Shown one piece after another: positions 36,617 through 45,704 of a stretch of DNA of 64,000 bases. The notes below the pieces were generated by a model. It ran no database searches, was not told the origin of the DNA, and saw only the letters and a program-made list of their open reading frames with translations. Both the position numbers and the translations under genes were made by a program. The DNA comes from Candidatus Latescibacterota bacterium (GTDB lineage: Bacteria > Latescibacterota > UBA2968 > UBA8231), in the NCBI GenBank assembly GCA_965217585.1, contig OZ244561.1, forward strand, positions 1,056,001-1,120,000, in the 5' to 3' direction. The stretch's first letter is position 1. Each line of letters begins with the position of its first letter.

Positions 36617-38713
36617 ATGACCGCAGAGCTTGTTTCGCCGTATCGGCACCCCCTGACCATCGACCACACCCGAGTGCGCAACACCGACCAGCAGGACTTT
36701 CCGCTGCTGGTCCGCCTCTGCGACCCGACCCTGCGCAACACCGCCGCCGGCGGCCACGTCGCCCATTCCCACGGCGCCGATCTCTTCTTCACCCAGGCCG
36801 ATGGCCGCACCCGGCTGCCCCACGAATTGGCCGCCTACGACCCCGAGCAGGGCCAGCTAGAGGCCTGGGTCCAAGTGCCGATCCTATCGTGTCGCCAAGA
36901 CGAGGTCCTGTATCTGTATTACGGCGATCCGGTCATTGCCGCGACGGCTCCGGCCCAGGGCGTTTGGGAGGACTCGTATGGTCTGGTGCAACACGGGGAG
37001 CGGGTGGTGGCCGGCTCGAGCGCGATGGAGTTGGCCGAGGAGCTGACCGTGGAGGCGTGGGTGCGGGGGACGGGATCGGGGGCCGAGATCCTGCAGCCGC
37101 TGGTGTCCAAGTGGGCGGTGCGGGAATCCTTCGATGCCTTCAGTGCCTACGACGCCGGACGCACCGACGGCCTAGACAGCATCGGCTATCTGGGGGGCAC
37201 TTTCGACGGCCGCTATGTGTACTGGCCGCCCAATCGCCGCACCAACGAGCGGGAGTCGGTGCACGGCGTGGTGCTGCGCTGCGATACCCAAGGCGATTTC
37301 CACGATCCTCAGAGCTGGGAAGCGCACGATGTCGAAAACATAACGTCACTGAGGACAGTAAATTACTACGGCGCTGTCTTCGACGGCCGCTATGTGTATT
37401 TCGTCCCCCAGGACGAAGGTACGGCATACCACAGCCGAGTGTTGCGCTACGACACCCGGCGGGACTTCAAGAGCATTGCCAGTTGGGAGGTATTCGATGT
37501 GGGTTTGGCCCACTCGTACCAGGGCGCGGCCTTTGACGGCCGCTATATCTACTTCTGCCCCGGGTACGAAGGAACACCGGGCGTCTCGCTAATTGCCGAA
37601 GACAAATACAGTGGGAGCGTCGTCCGCCTGGATACTAGAGGCGAATTCAAAGACGCCGCGAGCTGGAAAATCTTCGACGCGAAAAGCGTTGCCCCAAACG
37701 CCACGTGTTTTGACGGCGGAGCCTTTGACGGCCGCTATATCTACTTTGTACCGCTGACTAACGGCGTGGTCGTGCAATGCGATACTAAAGGCGATTTCAC
37801 CGACCCGGATAGCTGGCGCACATACGATATCGGGTCGTTCAGCGGCAGCGGTTGGTGCGTCGGCGCAGTTTTCGACGGGCGCTATATCTACCTCGTGCCC
37901 TACATGCACGGCGTGGTCGTGCGCTGCGACACACACGGTGACTTCACCGCCGACAGCAGCTGGGAGTCCTACGATTCCAACGATACGGGGGGGCTAGATA
38001 CCAGCGGCGCGGACGGCGGTTTTTTCGACGGCCGCTACGTCTACTTCATCCCCTGGGCTGGCCGCTTGAAAGGGCCGCAAGGCTCTGGGCATCACGCCAA
38101 CTTTCTGCGCTACGATACCCGGGGGGCCTTCGGCGATCCCCAAAGCTGGTCGGCACACGACGCCAGCGCCACCGATGGTCTGCAGACCATCGGGTACAAC
38201 GGGGGAGTTTTCGACGGCCGCTTTATCTATACTTCGCCGCTGTGCGACGACGAGCTTTTCCACGGCCGGGTGTTGCGCTACGACACAGCAGGGTCTAACG
38301 CCTCGTTCAGCCTGCGCTATGGCGACTACGGACACAACGGCGGGCTGTGCGCCGCCGTGCCCGGTCCCAGCTTTTCGATCAACACCGCTAAAGGAGCGCG
38401 GAGCGTGGCCGCCCATCAGGCCCTGACCCCGGGCTGGCACCACCTAGCCGGCGTGTACAACGGCCACACCCTCAAGCTGTGGGTCGACGGCCGCCTGGTG
38501 GCCGAGCGCTCTGGTACTGGGTCCCTGCAGGTCAATCAGGTCCCGGTGACCATCGGCGGGTTGGCCAACGGTACGGCGCAATTTCGCGGTCAGATCGGGG
38601 AGGTGCGGGTAGCCACGGTAGCCCGCAGCGACGATTGGCTCAAGACCGCCTACCAGAATCTGGTCGATCCCCAGGGCTTTATCCGCCCTGGAGAAGAGGA
38701 AAAAGTGAAGTAA
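36617..38713 (+). CDS. DUF2341-like + LamG protein with an inserted 7-blade FDGRY beta-propeller (copy 1)
   Basis: N-terminal DFPLLV...L.HE..YD......AWV.VP.....LYLYYG. LamG halves LTVEAWV and WHHLAGVY...LWVDG...F.G.I.EVR. Seven G.FDGRY.Y repeats. Confidence 0.85.
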   Translation: MTAELVSPYRHPLTIDHTRVRNTDQQDFPLLVRLCDPTLRNTAAGGHVAHSHGADLFFTQADGRTRLPHELAAYDPEQGQLEAWVQVPILSCRQDEVLYLYYGDPVIAATAPAQGVWEDSYGLVQHGERVVAGSSAMELAEELTVEAWVRGTGSGAEILQPLVSKWAVRESFDAFSAYDAGRTDGLDSIGYLGGTFDGRYVYWPPNRRTNERESVHGVVLRCDTQGDFHDPQSWEAHDVENITSLRTVNYYGAVFDGRYVYFVPQDEGTAYHSRVLRYDTRRDFKSIASWEVFDVGLAHSYQGAAFDGRYIYFCPGYEGTPGVSLIAEDKYSGSVVRLDTRGEFKDAASWKIFDAKSVAPNATCFDGGAFDGRYIYFVPLTNGVVVQCDTKGDFTDPDSWRTYDIGSFSGSGWCVGAVFDGRYIYLVPYMHGVVVRCDTHGDFTADSSWESYDSNDTGGLDTSGADGGFFDGRYVYFIPWAGRLKGPQGSGHHANFLRYDTRGAFGDPQSWSAHDASATDGLQTIGYNGGVFDGRFIYTSPLCDDELFHGRVLRYDTAGSNASFSLRYGDYGHNGGLCAAVPGPSFSINTAKGARSVAAHQALTPGWHHLAGVYNGHTLKLWVDGRLVAERSGTGSLQVNQVPVTIGGLANGTAQFRGQIGEVRVATVARSDDWLKTAYQNLVDPQGFIRPGEEEKVK

Positions 38714-38747
38714 ATCGGCAAGAAACAACAGATTGGAGGATATCCCT

Positions 38748-40850
38748 ATGACCACAGAGCCTTTTTCGCCGTATCGGCGTTCCCTGACCATCGACCACAC
38801 CCGAGTGCGCAACACCAACCAGCGGGATTTTCCGCTGCTGGTCCGCCTCTGCGACCCAACGCTGCGCAGCACTGCTAGCGGCGGCCACGTCGCCCACCTC
38901 CACGGTGCCGACTTCTTCTTCACCCAAGCCGATGGCCGCACCCGGCTGCCCCACGAATTGGTCGCCTACGACCCCGAGCAGGGCCAGCTAGAGGCGTGGG
39001 TCCAAGTGCCGGTCCTATCGTGTCGTCAGGACGAGGTCCTGTATCTGTATTACGGCGATCCGGTCGTTGCAGGGACGGCACCGGCCCGGGGCGTTTGGGA
39101 GGACTCGTATGGTCTGGTGCAACACGGGGAGCGGGTGGTGGCCGGCTCGAGCGCGATGGAGTTAGCCGAGGAGCTGACCGTGGAGGCGTGGGTGCGGGGG
39201 ACGGGATCGGGGGCCGAGGTTCTGCAACCCCTGGTGTCCAAGTGGGCGGTGCGGGAATCCTTCGATGCCTTTAGTGCTTACGACGCCGGACGCACCGACG
39301 GCCTAGCGTGCGTCGGGTTCTACGGTGCCGTCTTCGACGGCCGCTACGTGTACTGGTGCCCGATCCGCTCCCACCGGGAACGCAGTACAGTGCACGCCAA
39401 CATATTGCGCTGCGATACCCAAGGCGATTTCCACGATCCTCAGAGCTGGGAAGCGCACGATGCTCGCGGCACGGACGGGTTGAATACCGTGTGCTACTAC
39501 GGGGCGGCCTTTGACGGGCGCTATGTCATCTTCACACCGCGCGACGACAGCGAGGGCTACCACAGCCGGGTGTTGCGCTACGACACGCATCGTCCCTTCA
39601 AAAACGCCGCGAGTTGGGAAGCGCACGATGCGGACCTGCCGCATTCGCACCAGGGGGTCGCCTGCGACGGCCGCTACCTCTACTTCTGCCCGGGATACGA
39701 CGGGGCGTCGGAGGGCTCCTTGACCGAGAGTAAACTCAGCGGCAAGGTGCTGCGCATGGATACGCAGGCCGACTTCAAAGATCCAGCCACCTACCGGGTC
39801 TTCGACACCAAGGGGCTCGCGGAGGAGACTGTGTGTTTCGACGGGGGGGCCTTTGACGGGCGCTATATCTACTTTGTACCGCTGACCAACGGCGTGGTCG
39901 TGCAATGCGATACTAAAGGCGATTTCGCCGACCCGGATAGCTGGCGCACATACGATGCCCGGCCATTGAACATGCAGATGAACGTCGGTGCCGTCTTCGA
40001 CGGCCGCTACCTCTACTTCTGCGCCTACAGTCACAGCCATATGATCCGCTACGACACGCAGAGTGATTTTACCGACGACGCCAGTTGGGCAACCTTTGAC
40101 GCCGCCAATACCTCGGGTTTGGATACCGGCGGTTTCGACGGCGGTTTTTTCGACGGTCGCTACGTCTATTTCATCCCCTGGACGCGGACAGTACCCGCGG
40201 AGGAAGACAAAAGCACGTACCACGCCAATTTTCTGCGCTACGATATCCGGGGGGCCTTTGACGCCCCTCAGAGCTGGGAGGCGTGCGACGCCAGCAGCAC
40301 CGACGGCTTGAAAACAGTGGGCTATAACGCCGGAGCCTTTGACGGGCGCTATTTTTATGGAGCGCCGCTGTACGACGGAGAGGGAGATGCCTTCCACGGC
40401 CGGGTGTTGCGCTACGACACAGCAGGATCCAACGCCTCGTTCAGCCTGCGCTATAGCGACTACGGACACAACGGCGGGCTGTGCGCCGCCGTGCCCGGGC
40501 CCAGCTTTTTGATCAATACCGCTAAAGGACCGCGGAGCATAGCCGCCCACCAGGCCCTGACCCCAGGCTGGCACCACCTAGCCGGCGTGTACAACGGCCG
40601 CACCCTCAAGCTGTGGGTCGATGGCCGCTTGGTGGCGGAGCGCTCTGGCACTGGGTCCCTGCAGGTCAATCAGGTACCGGTGACCATCGGCGGGTTCGCC
40701 GACGGTTCAGCCCCGTTCCGCGGCCAAGTCGGAGAGGTGCGGGTGACCACGGTGGCTCGCAGCGACGACTGGCTCAAGACCACCTACCATAACCTGGTCG
40801 ATCCCCAAGGCTTTGTCCGCGTTGGAGAAGAGGAAATAGTGGCAACATGA
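38748..40850 (+). CDS. DUF2341-like + LamG protein with an inserted 7-blade FDGRY beta-propeller (copy 2)
   Basis: Tandem paralog of 36617-38713. ATG 38748 with GGAGG RBS. Seven DGRY repeats. Confidence 0.85.
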   Translation: MTTEPFSPYRRSLTIDHTRVRNTNQRDFPLLVRLCDPTLRSTASGGHVAHLHGADFFFTQADGRTRLPHELVAYDPEQGQLEAWVQVPVLSCRQDEVLYLYYGDPVVAGTAPARGVWEDSYGLVQHGERVVAGSSAMELAEELTVEAWVRGTGSGAEVLQPLVSKWAVRESFDAFSAYDAGRTDGLACVGFYGAVFDGRYVYWCPIRSHRERSTVHANILRCDTQGDFHDPQSWEAHDARGTDGLNTVCYYGAAFDGRYVIFTPRDDSEGYHSRVLRYDTHRPFKNAASWEAHDADLPHSHQGVACDGRYLYFCPGYDGASEGSLTESKLSGKVLRMDTQADFKDPATYRVFDTKGLAEETVCFDGGAFDGRYIYFVPLTNGVVVQCDTKGDFADPDSWRTYDARPLNMQMNVGAVFDGRYLYFCAYSHSHMIRYDTQSDFTDDASWATFDAANTSGLDTGGFDGGFFDGRYVYFIPWTRTVPAEEDKSTYHANFLRYDIRGAFDAPQSWEACDASSTDGLKTVGYNAGAFDGRYFYGAPLYDGEGDAFHGRVLRYDTAGSNASFSLRYSDYGHNGGLCAAVPGPSFLINTAKGPRSIAAHQALTPGWHHLAGVYNGRTLKLWVDGRLVAERSGTGSLQVNQVPVTIGGFADGSAPFRGQVGEVRVTTVARSDDWLKTTYHNLVDPQGFVRVGEEEIVAT

Positions 40851-40894
40851 AGGGGGCGGTTTTCGGCGCGGTTGGCACTAGAGGAGGACGAGCA

Positions 40895-42073
40895 ATGACG
40901 GCAGAGCACCTCGAATACGCCTTGTTTTCCCGGCAGGAGATGGAGAGGCGCTATTCCCGGGCCCGAGCTATGATGGCCCATCGGGGGATCGACGCCCTCT
41001 TAGTGTCCGGCGAGGAAAATTTCCAATATCTGGCAGGCACGGCCGCCAGCATTGCGCTGCACTACTCCCTCACCCGGCCATCTCTCTTTATCCTGCCGCT
41101 GGAGAAAGAGCCCATCATCGTCACCCAGGGCAGAGCCAACCTCGCGCTGGGTTCCTATGTAGCCGATCTGCGGGACTATACCAACATTCTCGACTTTCCC
41201 CACCAGATCGTCCTACAAGCGCTGCAGGACGCTGGTCTTAAAAACAAGCGCCTAGGGGCGGAACTGGGCCAGGAGCAGCGGATGGGCATACCCGTGAGTA
41301 CCTATAACGCCCTAGTGGAGGCCCTTCCCGACGTTGAATTCGTCGATTGCGCCGACATCCTGATCGGACTCAGGATGGTAAAATCCAGCGAGGAACTGGC
41401 CTACATGCGCCAAGCCGCTGCCATTACCGGCCGGGCTCGACAACGGCTCTTCGACCAAGTGGAACCCGGCATGACGGAACGGCAGGTGGCCCGTCTCACC
41501 CGGCGATTGATCCTAGAGGAGGGCGGCGACCGGACGGCTTACGTCATTTTGCAACTCGGCATCCCCGGGTCCGGCAACCCGTTCCACTACGACCGCCCCC
41601 TCGAAAAAGGCATGGTCCTGGCCGTGGACACCGGGGCTTATGTCGGGATGTACACCATCGACTATCCCCGCATGGCCACCTTGGGACCGGCCACGTCCGA
41701 GCAACGGCGCGTCTACCAAGCCGCCTTGCGCGTGGACGAAAAGATGGCGCAGGCACTCAGACCCGGAGTTCGGTGTTCCGAGTTATACCAGATAGGCGTC
41801 GAGGCCATCGCTGAAATCCGAGCTGAACTCGGCGCCTTGGAACAACTGCCGAGCGCCCGCATGGGGCACGGCCAAGGCCTACTGGTGACGGAGCCGCCGA
41901 GCATATGCCCAGAGGATCACACGGTGCTAAAAGAGGGCATGGTGATCAGCACCGAACCGGGGGTACAGTGGGGTACTGTGCAGTATCTGTGGGAAAACGT
42001 CCACGTCATCACCGCAGACGGCCACGAGCAGCTCACGCTGGAAACCGACGCCTTGAGAGAGCTGCCCTGGTGA
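40895..42073 (+). CDS. M24 family Xaa-Pro peptidase-like enzyme (creatinase N-domain)
   Basis: EN.QYL.G, R.VKS.EE, and metal ligands D(TG)...D(YPR)...H(GQG)...E(PG)...E(N). ATG 40895 after GAGGAGG. Confidence 0.9.
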   Translation: MTAEHLEYALFSRQEMERRYSRARAMMAHRGIDALLVSGEENFQYLAGTAASIALHYSLTRPSLFILPLEKEPIIVTQGRANLALGSYVADLRDYTNILDFPHQIVLQALQDAGLKNKRLGAELGQEQRMGIPVSTYNALVEALPDVEFVDCADILIGLRMVKSSEELAYMRQAAAITGRARQRLFDQVEPGMTERQVARLTRRLILEEGGDRTAYVILQLGIPGSGNPFHYDRPLEKGMVLAVDTGAYVGMYTIDYPRMATLGPATSEQRRVYQAALRVDEKMAQALRPGVRCSELYQIGVEAIAEIRAELGALEQLPSARMGHGQGLLVTEPPSICPEDHTVLKEGMVISTEPGVQWGTVQYLWENVHVITADGHEQLTLETDALRELPW

Positions 42074-42110
42074 CCGTCTCAAACCCGTCCCAAGCTGTCG
42101 CGTACTTAGC

Positions 42111-43559
42111 TCATAGATAGGGATAGGTCGCTTCTGGGTCGTAGTCTGGCAAGAGTGCGTCATGGGGTTGGCCGGGAATTAAGCGCGTGCCATCCACAAA
42201 ACCTTCTGGTCGGTCTTTGAGGAATTCACTGAGGCGATTTCGCCAAGGCTGCATCCTAGTTTCAGCAGCGGGATCGCGAGACAGATCGCGCATTTCCTGC
42301 GGGTCTTCGTCCAAGTCGAAAAGATGTTCTTGGCCCGTTTGCGAATACCAGATGTACTTGCAGCGCCCATCGGTGACATAGTGATTGCCGTGGTCGCGGG
42401 CGTAACAGCCAGCGTGTTCTCCGTGCAGAAATTCTCTGACGCCGTCGGCATCGCCCTGCATGACGGGCAGGAGGCTTTTGCCCGTGCAGGTATCGGGGAT
42501 GTCGATGCCGGCTGCATTGAGGATGGTGGGCATGATGTCCTGGATGCCGACGGGACTTTTGCCAATGACTTCTGCGGGATAGTCCCAATTTTTGGGAGCG
42601 CGCATGAAAAATGGGACTCGCGCCGAAGCTTCATAGGGCCAGGTTTTGCGAAAGAGGTTGTGGTCGCCCAGCATTTCGCCGTGGTCGGAGGTGAAGATGA
42701 CTAAGCAGTTGTTGAGACCCCCAGTAAACTGGATGAGGCGGCCGATCTGATCGTCTATAAAATTGACCATGCCGTAATAGGCCGCGCGACAACAGCGCAT
42801 ATCGTGTTCGTTGAGACGAATTTCCCACCCATTGGGATTGAGACCTTTTTCGGGGCCATCGAATGCGGGCGCCCAGTCGCCGACGAGTGGATCGGGCAGA
42901 CTGCGGTGGATATAGCGGTCGTAATAAGGAGCGGGTGGAACAAGCGGGGGATGAGGATCGATAAAGGAAAGATTGAGAAAAAACGGCGCTGAAGGATCGC
43001 GTTTGCGCAGAAAGTCCATCGCCCGATCAACGCACCAGAAGGTATGCATCTGTTCTGCGGGCAAATGATGCGGGCGACCGATCCAGCCATTGGCGGAAAT
43101 GCCGTGGGCCATGCCGGGATCTACTTCGTTGCGGCCGTGGTACTGCCGCAGCCATTCGACATAGTCGTTGTCGGCACCCCGGGTGCCATCGGCTAGCTGC
43201 ATGTGGTCAAAGCCGTAGCGCTTGCGATGGGGGGTTAAGTGGAGTTTGCCGATCATCTCCGTCTGATAACCAGCCTTGGACAGCTCGCCGGCTAGGGTGT
43301 GCGGCGGCTGCCACGGAGCGCTTTTGAAGCCAACGGCCCCATTGGCCGCGGGCGCCGTGCCGGTCATCAAGCTGCGGCGCGCGGGAATGCAACTGGGGCA
43401 TTCGGAGTAGCCGTGGTGAAAGTGCGTGCCGGTGCGGGCAAGCCAGTCTAAGTTGGGCGTTTGCAGACACGAGGGACTGTGGGGATCGAGCCCCATGCAG
43501 TCGCCGCGCTGCTGATCGGTCATGATGAGCAGGATATTGGGGCGAGCGTCTGACATCAT
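42111..43559 (-). CDS. Arylsulfatase/choline-sulfatase-like formylglycine sulfatase
   Basis: PNILLIMTDQQR, CIPAR.SLMTG, GKLH, DPHPP, SDHGEMLGDH and LFDL..DP.E motifs. Confidence 0.95.
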   Translation of the reverse strand: MMSDARPNILLIMTDQQRGDCMGLDPHSPSCLQTPNLDWLARTGTHFHHGYSECPSCIPARRSLMTGTAPAANGAVGFKSAPWQPPHTLAGELSKAGYQTEMIGKLHLTPHRKRYGFDHMQLADGTRGADNDYVEWLRQYHGRNEVDPGMAHGISANGWIGRPHHLPAEQMHTFWCVDRAMDFLRKRDPSAPFFLNLSFIDPHPPLVPPAPYYDRYIHRSLPDPLVGDWAPAFDGPEKGLNPNGWEIRLNEHDMRCCRAAYYGMVNFIDDQIGRLIQFTGGLNNCLVIFTSDHGEMLGDHNLFRKTWPYEASARVPFFMRAPKNWDYPAEVIGKSPVGIQDIMPTILNAAGIDIPDTCTGKSLLPVMQGDADGVREFLHGEHAGCYARDHGNHYVTDGRCKYIWYSQTGQEHLFDLDEDPQEMRDLSRDPAAETRMQPWRNRLSEFLKDRPEGFVDGTRLIPGQPHDALLPDYDPEATYPYL

Positions 43560-43583
43560 ATCATTCTCCGCTTAAGGGGTCTG

Positions 43584-45701
43584 TCAATCGGGTAGATGCA
43601 GCGTCACCGACTGGACGTGGTCGTATCCACCCGGCGCGCGAATCGGCTGCCGCTGGCTTTCGACGTCCACGCTGGTGCCCTGACAGGTGAAGCGGTACGC
43701 ACCCGCTTCGGGCAACACGAACCACGAGGTGCCCGCCAGATCGGCCCGCACAGCATAGGGCAGGACCGTTTGCTCGGCCAGCGGGGTCACGAGCACGCAG
43801 GCCCGGGCGACCGGTCGCCCGTCGCGCATCACTCGCACCAGCACTTCCGGCAATCGCTCGTGCGCCAGCGGCCCCACATCCCGCCCGGCGAGCCGGCGGA
43901 ACAACTCCTGTGACCAAGCCGTCGTCGCCGTCGGACGAGAAACCGGCTGCTGTGGGTCGCACCAGTTGAGACACAGCCGATGCTTGCCCCGCGCCGCCAG
44001 CGTCCCCACACCGAAAGGGTCAATGCGGGCATCCGCCCCCGACTGCGACGGCCACGTGACCTCCATGTCGAGCGGTCCAGCCAACATCCCCGGCACGTGG
44101 TCGGTAAAGCCTCGGTAGTCCATGTCGGCAAAGAAAAACGTCTGTAGCCCGTGTACATTGCGCTCCGGCATTGAGGTCAGAAATTCCCACCAGCCTTCCG
44201 ACAGTGGCGGCTCCTCCTGCTCTCCCCAAGAGGCTTCCGCGAAGATGCCCGCCTCACCGACCCGGATCGGTTTTACCGGGAGCCTACTGCGGATCACGTC
44301 GATGCTCTCCTCAATGTTCTCCAAGCCGCTAAACAGCCGATAGCAATCAATCAACTCTATCAGTTCGTCCGTGGCCACCGACGGATCAAAGGTGACTTCG
44401 GCGATGCGGCTGTCGTCGAGTTCCTTCACCTTGCGCAGCAGAGGCACGCAGTATTCGGGTTCCCTTGCGTCGGTAATGTCCCAAAACAGTATCGACGGGT
44501 GGTTGCGGGCCGAGCGGATCCAGCGATCAGCCACTGCTAGCTGGTACTCCCTTACCAGCGCCTGCTCCCGCACGTCCAGCCCTGGCGTATACACCTGTCC
44601 CGTACCAACGCAAAAGTTGGCACCTACCACGAACACGCCAAGCTCGTCGGCCACGTCGTAAAACACCGGCGGCGGGTCGTAGCGGTGGTGCTCGACAATG
44701 CTGACATTGGCGTCGGCCAGATCGACGAACTTCCGCGTCAACCACTGACGCTCGTACACGTACGGCACCGTGTGATCTCCCCAAGGCATTAGCTGAGTGC
44801 CGTTGAGCAACAATCGATCCCCCTCGCTCCAGATCTCGCGGAAGCCGAAACGCGTCACGGCGGTATGCACGGCACGACCTGCTGAGAGCAGCGAGCTTTC
44901 AAGGAAGTACAACACCGGCTCGCCATACGGCGGACGGCCCCAGAGCACGGCGTCGCGCCAGGACGCTGCGGTCTCCAAGCGACGACTCTCCCCCGGTGCC
45001 AGATCGAGATCGCAGCCTGCGAGTTCCAACTCAGTCTCGCCCGCGCGGCGCACCCGGAGACGAACGTCGCCGTGAAACCCTTCATCGCCGTCGTTGCGGA
45101 CGGTCAACCCAACGCGGATTTCGCGCTCCCGCACCGACGTGCCGATCTGCACGTCTTCGACCCGCACCCGCGACTCCCAACTCAGCCACACATCCGACTC
45201 CATGCCAACGGTGGCGGCGCTCGTGAACCAGAAGCGAGTGTCGAGGGCCTTTTCCGCCTCTTCGCTCAGCCGTGGGGCGTCGGGATGAGCATAGCGGCCG
45301 CTACAGTTGTGGGTGAACACATCCAGTCGGTGATCCTGACCCGGACGAATGCTAGCGGTCAGATCAATGCGCCAAGGCAAGCGCATACCATAGTGCTCGC
45401 CGAGCACTTCACCGTCGAGATAAGCTCGCCCAAAGTGGCGGACCCTCCCTAAGTCGAGGACGATGCGCCCGCCTGCATCCCAGCCTTCGGGCAGGCGCAG
45501 ATCTGTTCGGTACCAGCCGGACTCGGGCGGCTCGTCTTCAAATTCGCGCGAGCGATGAGGCACGCGCACGCGCTCCCAGCCGTCGGTTGGCGGGTCGCCA
45601 TCGGGGCCTTCAGCAAACTCCCACTCGCCGTTCAGCAGCAGGCGAACATCGCCGCCCTCGATCGCGTCCCGAAGTACCTTAGTATGAGTACTCGAGTCCA
45701 T
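43584..45701 (-). CDS. Glycoside hydrolase family 2-like protein
   Basis: LNGEWEF, GWYR, RFGFREI, LLLNG, ADELGV.V, RNHPSI..W and KPI.VGE.G motifs. Confidence 0.85.
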   Translation of the reverse strand: MDSSTHTKVLRDAIEGGDVRLLLNGEWEFAEGPDGDPPTDGWERVRVPHRSREFEDEPPESGWYRTDLRLPEGWDAGGRIVLDLGRVRHFGRAYLDGEVLGEHYGMRLPWRIDLTASIRPGQDHRLDVFTHNCSGRYAHPDAPRLSEEAEKALDTRFWFTSAATVGMESDVWLSWESRVRVEDVQIGTSVREREIRVGLTVRNDGDEGFHGDVRLRVRRAGETELELAGCDLDLAPGESRRLETAASWRDAVLWGRPPYGEPVLYFLESSLLSAGRAVHTAVTRFGFREIWSEGDRLLLNGTQLMPWGDHTVPYVYERQWLTRKFVDLADANVSIVEHHRYDPPPVFYDVADELGVFVVGANFCVGTGQVYTPGLDVREQALVREYQLAVADRWIRSARNHPSILFWDITDAREPEYCVPLLRKVKELDDSRIAEVTFDPSVATDELIELIDCYRLFSGLENIEESIDVIRSRLPVKPIRVGEAGIFAEASWGEQEEPPLSEGWWEFLTSMPERNVHGLQTFFFADMDYRGFTDHVPGMLAGPLDMEVTWPSQSGADARIDPFGVGTLAARGKHRLCLNWCDPQQPVSRPTATTAWSQELFRRLAGRDVGPLAHERLPEVLVRVMRDGRPVARACVLVTPLAEQTVLPYAVRADLAGTSWFVLPEAGAYRFTCQGTSVDVESQRQPIRAPGGYDHVQSVTLHLPD

Positions 45702-45704
45702 AGC

